32,000 nt of DNA from the NCBI RefSeq assembly GCF_001598795.1, contig NZ_BCZP01000014.1, forward strand, positions 120,001-152,000. Reading direction: 5' to 3'. This document shows positions 28,017 to 32,000 of this stretch, one piece after another (the first letter of the stretch is position 1; every line of letters starts with the position of its first letter). The notes under the pieces were generated by a model that was not told where the DNA came from, did not search any database, and was given only the letters and a program-made list of their open reading frames with translations. Both the position numbers and the translations under genes were made by a program. This DNA is from Delftia acidovorans NBRC 14950. GTDB taxonomy: Bacteria; Pseudomonadota; Gammaproteobacteria; Burkholderiales; Burkholderiaceae_C.

Positions 28017-28161
28017 TTTTTCGCATCGCCGAAGCTGTGAAAGCTCAGGAAATGCCCTGAATTCCATGGCGACGTTGATGAAAAATATGCCTCAAAGCAC
28101 GCAGAAGGGCGAAATTGGAGTAAATTCGCGCCCTATTTAGTTGTTAGCCGCTGGAGCTCCC

Positions 28162-28626
28162 ATGGATTTGCGAAAACTCAAGACCCTCATTGATCTGGTG
28201 TCCGAATCGAACGTGTCGGAACTGGAGATCACCGAAGCAGAGGGCAAGGTCCGGATCGTCAAGAGCGAAGGCGCCGTGGTGCAGCATTATGTGGCAGCGC
28301 CCATGCAGGCTCCCATGGCCGCGCCGATGGCGGCACCCGTCGCCGCTGCCCCCGCAGCGCCCGTGGCGGCACCGGCCGAGGCAGCCGTCTCCGGCCACGT
28401 GGTGAAGTCGCCCATGGTCGGCACTTTCTACCGCGCCTCCAGCCCTGGCGGCAAGCCCTTCGTGGAAGTGGGCAACCAGGTCAAGGAAGGCGAGACCATC
28501 TGCATCATCGAAGCGATGAAGATTCTCAACGAGATCGAAGCCGACAAGAGCGGCACGATCACGCGCATCCTGGGCGAAAACGGCCAGGCGGTAGAGTACG
28601 GCCAGCCCCTGTTCGTGATCGAGTAA
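28162..28626 (+). CDS. accB: acetyl-CoA carboxylase biotin carboxyl carrier protein
   Basis: Start [12 protein letters not shown] at ATG 28162. It has a Pro/Ala linker and the biotinylation motif [11 protein letters not shown]. Confidence 0.95.
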   Translation: MDLRKLKTLIDLVSESNVSELEITEAEGKVRIVKSEGAVVQHYVAAPMQAPMAAPMAAPVAAAPAAPVAAPAEAAVSGHVVKSPMVGTFYRASSPGGKPFVEVGNQVKEGETICIIEAMKILNEIEADKSGTITRILGENGQAVEYGQPLFVIE

Positions 28627-28758
28627 CCTGCAGGCGAGCGATGCCGCAAGCGGCACGACGCCCTGGCGCGAACGCATGCCGCGGCGCGACAGAGCAATTG
28701 GCTCAACTGACGGCTTCGGCCTGCGTACCGGCGCAGGCACCAAGTCGCGAGGACCTTC

Positions 28759-30123
28759 ATGTTTAAGAAAATTTTGGTTGCCAACCGGGGCGAGATTGCC
28801 CTGCGCATCCAGCGCGCCTGCCGTGAACTGGGCATCAAGGCGGTGATGGTGTATTCCGAGGCCGACCGTGACGCAAAGTACGTCAAGCTGGCCGATGAGG
28901 CCGTGTGCATCGGCCCCGCGCCTTCGCCGCTGAGCTACCTCAACATGCCGGCCATCATCTCGGCCGCCGAGGTGACCGACGCCGAGGCCATCCACCCCGG
29001 CTACGGCTTTCTCAGCGAGAACGCCGACTTTGCCGAGCGCGTGGAAAAGAGCGGTTTCACCTTCATCGGCCCCACGCCCGAGAACATCCGCACCATGGGT
29101 GACAAGGTCTCGGCCAAGCAGGCCATGATCAAGGCGGGCGTCCCCTGCGTGCCCGGCTCGGATGGCGAGCTGCCTGACGATCCCGTGCAGATCCGCCGCA
29201 TCGCCAAGGCCGTGGGCTATCCGGTGATCATCAAGGCCGCAGGCGGCGGCGGTGGCCGTGGCATGCGCGTGGTGCATACCGAGGCGGCGCTGATCAATGC
29301 CGTGCAGATGACCAAGGCCGAGGCCGGTGCGGCCTTCGGCAATCCGGCCGTCTACATGGAAAAGTTCCTGCAGAACCCGCGCCATGTGGAAATCCAGATC
29401 CTGGCGGACAACCACCGCAACGCGGTCTACCTGGGCGAGCGCGACTGCTCCATGCAGCGCCGCCACCAGAAGGTCATCGAGGAAGCTCCGGCTCCGGGCA
29501 TTCCGCGCCGCCTGGTCGAGAAGATCGGCGAGCGCTGCGCCGCTGCCTGCAAGAAGCTGGGCTACCGTGGCGCCGGCACCTTCGAGTTCCTCTTTGAGAA
29601 CGGCGAGTTCTACTTCATCGAGATGAACACCCGCGTGCAGGTGGAGCATCCGGTGACCGAACTGATCACGGGCGTGGACATCGTGCGCACCCAGATCATG
29701 GTGGCCGCAGGCGAGAAGCTGCCCTTCACCCAGCGCCAGATCAATGCCCAGCTCAAGGGCCATGCGATCGAGTGCCGCGTGAATGCCGAGGATCCCTACA
29801 ACTTCATGCCGTCGCCGGGCCGCATCACCATGTGGCATGCCCCCGGTGGCCCCGGCGTGCGCGTGGACTCGCACGTCTACAACAACTACTTCGTGCCGCC
29901 GAACTACGACTCCATGATCGGCAAGATCATCGTCCACGGCGACACGCGCGAGCAGGCGCTGGCGCGCATGCGCACGGCGCTGCTGGAGACCGTGGTCGAA
30001 GGCATCAAGACCAATATCCCGCTGCATCAGGATCTGATGGTGGACGCCAAGTTCATGGAAGGCGGCACCAACATCCATTACCTGGAAGAGTGGCTGGCGC
30101 ACCGCAACGCCAACAAGCGTTGA
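28759..30123 (+). CDS. accC: acetyl-CoA carboxylase biotin carboxylase subunit
   Basis: [18 protein letters not shown]-terminus, with [10 protein letters not shown] and [22 protein letters not shown]. Confidence 0.97.
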   Translation: MFKKILVANRGEIALRIQRACRELGIKAVMVYSEADRDAKYVKLADEAVCIGPAPSPLSYLNMPAIISAAEVTDAEAIHPGYGFLSENADFAERVEKSGFTFIGPTPENIRTMGDKVSAKQAMIKAGVPCVPGSDGELPDDPVQIRRIAKAVGYPVIIKAAGGGGGRGMRVVHTEAALINAVQMTKAEAGAAFGNPAVYMEKFLQNPRHVEIQILADNHRNAVYLGERDCSMQRRHQKVIEEAPAPGIPRRLVEKIGERCAAACKKLGYRGAGTFEFLFENGEFYFIEMNTRVQVEHPVTELITGVDIVRTQIMVAAGEKLPFTQRQINAQLKGHAIECRVNAEDPYNFMPSPGRITMWHAPGGPGVRVDSHVYNNYFVPPNYDSMIGKIIVHGDTREQALARMRTALLETVVEGIKTNIPLHQDLMVDAKFMEGGTNIHYLEEWLAHRNANKR

Positions 30124-30146
30124 GCAGGTCGCCCGATTGACCCTGC

Positions 30147-30187
30147 ATGCTGGCCCCCGGCGACGGCGGCCAGCATTTTCATTTATT
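30147..30187 (+). terminator. intrinsic terminator after accC
   Basis: ATGCTGGCC (30147-30155) and GGCCAGCAT (30168-30176), followed by TTTCATTTATT. Confidence 0.65.
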
Positions 30188-30207
30188 GCATAGAAAAGGA
30201 TGGGCCC

Positions 30208-31098
30208 ATGTTCGAGTTGAGCCTGCTGTGCCCGGAAGACCGGGTTGAGACCGTCAGCGATGCGCTGGATGCGCTGGACGCCCTGAGCGTATCGGTGGAG
30301 GATGCCGACGCGCAGACTGAGGCCGAGCAAGCCCTGTTCGGCGAGCCCGGCATGCCGCCGCCCAAGGACGGCTGGCAGCGCAGCCGCCTGGTGGCGCTGT
30401 TCCCCTCGCAGCAAGCGGCCGAAGAGGCGCGTGATCTGCTGCTGCCCCAGGACTTCTTCGAGGGCTGCAGCATCATCGCCGTCAAGCAGGTGCCGGAGCA
30501 GGACTGGGTGCGCCTGACGCAGTCGCAGTTCGCCCCGGTGGACATCACGCCCGAATTCTGGATTGTTCCCACCTGGCACGAGTTGCCGCCCGAGGCGCGC
30601 GTGAGCATCCGCCTGGACCCGGGCCTGGCCTTTGGCACGGGCACGCACCCGACCACGCGCATGTGCCTGCGCTGGATCGCCCGCCAGCCCCAAGGCAGTC
30701 TTGGCCGCACGCTGGACTACGGCTGCGGCTCGGGCATCCTGGCCATTGGCGCTGCCAAGTTCGGTGCCACCGACATCGACGCGGTGGACATCGACCCGGC
30801 AGCCGTGGAGTCCACGCGCTACAACGCCGATGCCAACGCCGTGCAACTGAAGGCGGGCCTGCCCGATGCCGGAAACGGCGAATACCGCACCGTGCTGGCC
30901 AACATCCTGGCCACGCCGCTCAAGGTGCTGGCGCCGCTGCTGTGCGGCCGCGTGGCAGCGGGTGGAAGCCTGGTGCTGGCCGGTATCCTGGAGCGCCAGG
31001 CCGACGAGCTCAAGGAGGCCTATGCGCCGTACCTGGCGCTGGAAGTGGCCGACAGCGAAGATGGCTGGATCCTGATGACCGCGCGCCGCGCGGCCTGA
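30208..31098 (+). CDS. prmA: ribosomal protein L11 methyltransferase
   Basis: FGTGTHPTTRMCL and the SAM motif LDYGCGSGILAIGAAKFGA. It follows accBC, as in many proteobacteria. Confidence 0.93.
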   Translation: MFELSLLCPEDRVETVSDALDALDALSVSVEDADAQTEAEQALFGEPGMPPPKDGWQRSRLVALFPSQQAAEEARDLLLPQDFFEGCSIIAVKQVPEQDWVRLTQSQFAPVDITPEFWIVPTWHELPPEARVSIRLDPGLAFGTGTHPTTRMCLRWIARQPQGSLGRTLDYGCGSGILAIGAAKFGATDIDAVDIDPAAVESTRYNADANAVQLKAGLPDAGNGEYRTVLANILATPLKVLAPLLCGRVAAGGSLVLAGILERQADELKEAYAPYLALEVADSEDGWILMTARRAA

Positions 31099-31172
31099 TT
31101 TCCGGCCCGAGTCCCCGCGCGGCCCCGCCTTCGTGGCGCGGGCCGCGAGCAGCTGCCTACAATCGATCGCTG

Positions 31173-32000
31173 ATGAGCCAAGTCACCCGCTGTCCTGCCT
31201 GTGGAACCCGCTTCAAAGTGGTGGCCGACCAGCTGCGAATTTCGCAGGGGTGGGTGCGCTGCGGCGTCTGCCATGAAGTGTTCGATGCCTCCGAGGACCT
31301 GCAGCCCCTGCCCACGGCACCTGTGAATGCGGCCGGCACCTCGGTGGCCGGCACTCCGGTGGCCGGCGGGGCATCACACAACCCGGCCGAATTCGAGGAC
31401 GATGACATCCGCGAATTCAGGGAATCCATGTGGCTGCCGACGGCGCCGAGCGGATTGCCGGGGCGGGGCGCATCGGGGCCTGCTGCACCTGTTGCGCCCT
31501 CTGTACCTGCCACACCTGCCGCACCTGCGGTATCCACCGCAACCACGGCTGCCGCTGCCAGTGCCGAGCCTTCGCCGTCCATGCCGCCGGCCGAGGTGCC
31601 GGCTCCAGAGGCTCCGCCTTCGCCCCCTGTGACCGCGAAGGACCCCTCCGCCAGCGCTGCCGAAGAGTCGGGCAGCGCGCTGCCTGGAGCGTCGCTGGTG
31701 GACGAGATCCTGGCTGCGTCCCGGGCAGCGCCGAAGTCCCCGCTCGCCGCCCATGCCGAGCAGGCCGTTGACGGCCTGCTCGGACCCGAGCCTGACACTG
31801 CGGCTCCTGTGCCCGCACCGGCAAAGGATGAGGAAGGCGCGCCGTTCACACGGCCCCATAAGCCATCCGACAAGCCATCCGACAAGTCGTCCGATGCGCC
31901 TGCGCCGTCCGTGCCAACCGGCCTGCTGCGGGAATCGGAGCCGCAGGCGCAGGCCTCCGTGCCTTCGCCGGAGTTTTCCCGCTGGCCGGACAGCGATGGC
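31173..32000 (+). CDS. zinc-ribbon (MJ0042-type) protein with a long Pro/Ala-rich region, probably DUF3426 family; 3' end outside the window
   Basis: Not in the supplied ORF track because no stop is reached. My manual translation from ATG 31173 is open for 276 codons to base 32000. The N-terminus is MSQVTRCPACGTRFKVVADQLRISQGWVRCGVCHEVF (CxxC..CxxC). Confidence 0.75.
   Translation, partial: MSQVTRCPACGTRFKVVADQLRISQGWVRCGVCHEVFDASEDLQPLPTAPVNAAGTSVAGTPVAGGASHNPAEFEDDDIREFRESMWLPTAPSGLPGRGASGPAAPVAPSVPATPAAPAVSTATTAAAASAEPSPSMPPAEVPAPEAPPSPPVTAKDPSASAAEESGSALPGASLVDEILAASRAAPKSPLAAHAEQAVDGLLGPEPDTAAPVPAPAKDEEGAPFTRPHKPSDKPSDKSSDAPAPSVPTGLLRESEPQAQASVPSPEFSRWPDSDG

Noticed and set aside
28027-28044. 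CGCCGAAGCTGTGAAAGC upstream of accB nearly repeats CGCCGAAGCTGTAAAGC from the aroG attenuator loop (22849-22865).
   Set aside because: A 12-nt exact match between two sites in 32 kb on both strands is expected by chance many times over, especially with biased composition. There is no surrounding similarity or matching secondary structure.
1-32000. Search for tRNA, rRNA, CRISPR repeats, IS elements or transposases, integrases, phage genes, toxin-antitoxin pairs and known defence-system components.
   Set aside because: None found. There is no T-loop GGTTCGA outside coding context, no regularly spaced repeats, and no recombinase-like or nuclease/ATPase defence-like ORFs. Gene content and order are those of a conserved housekeeping region, so I do not claim a novel multi-gene system here.

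Overview
This window is high-GC (by eye about 65%) core chromosome of a beta-proteobacterium. The proteins look Comamonadaceae-like from memory, which I cannot check by search here. On the + strand it carries the distal part of the dcw cell-division and cell-wall cluster: murF 3' end, mraY, murD, ftsW, murG, murC, ddl, ftsQ, ftsA, ftsZ, then lpxC and a small membrane ORF. A minus-strand block follows: ruvC, mtgA, aroE, a TonB-like protein, an RNase II family exoribonuclease and the esterase yqiA. After that come rodA, tldD, a 206-aa hypothetical, a class I DAHP synthase, yqcC, a 105-aa orphan, mpl, a 202-aa hypothetical, a Tat-signal TlpA-like thioredoxin, accB, accC, prmA, and a zinc-ribbon/Pro-Ala-rich protein that runs off the window end and is absent from the ORF track. 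I found no tRNA, rRNA, CRISPR array, transposase, integrase, phage gene or recognisable defence system, so this looks like an ordinary housekeeping region rather than an accessory island. The many long ORFs antisense to these genes are typical high-GC shadow ORFs. The most interesting signal is regulatory. In front of the DAHP synthase gene there is a 20-codon leader ORF, MQARASFYFYFWFSSPAEER, with seven consecutive aromatic codons. It is followed by a canonical intrinsic terminator, and an exact copy of the terminator's 3' arm lies inside the leader ORF, so this looks like a complete ribosome-mediated attenuator. Other items worth a look are a roughly 145-aa acidic Pro/Ala-rich N-terminal extension on MurD, a very strong orphan terminator (possible sRNA or long 3' UTR) between rodA and tldD, several genes with a -10-like hexamer directly before an ATG that lacks a Shine-Dalgarno (SD) sequence (possible leaderless mRNAs), and a few small or uncharacterised proteins.
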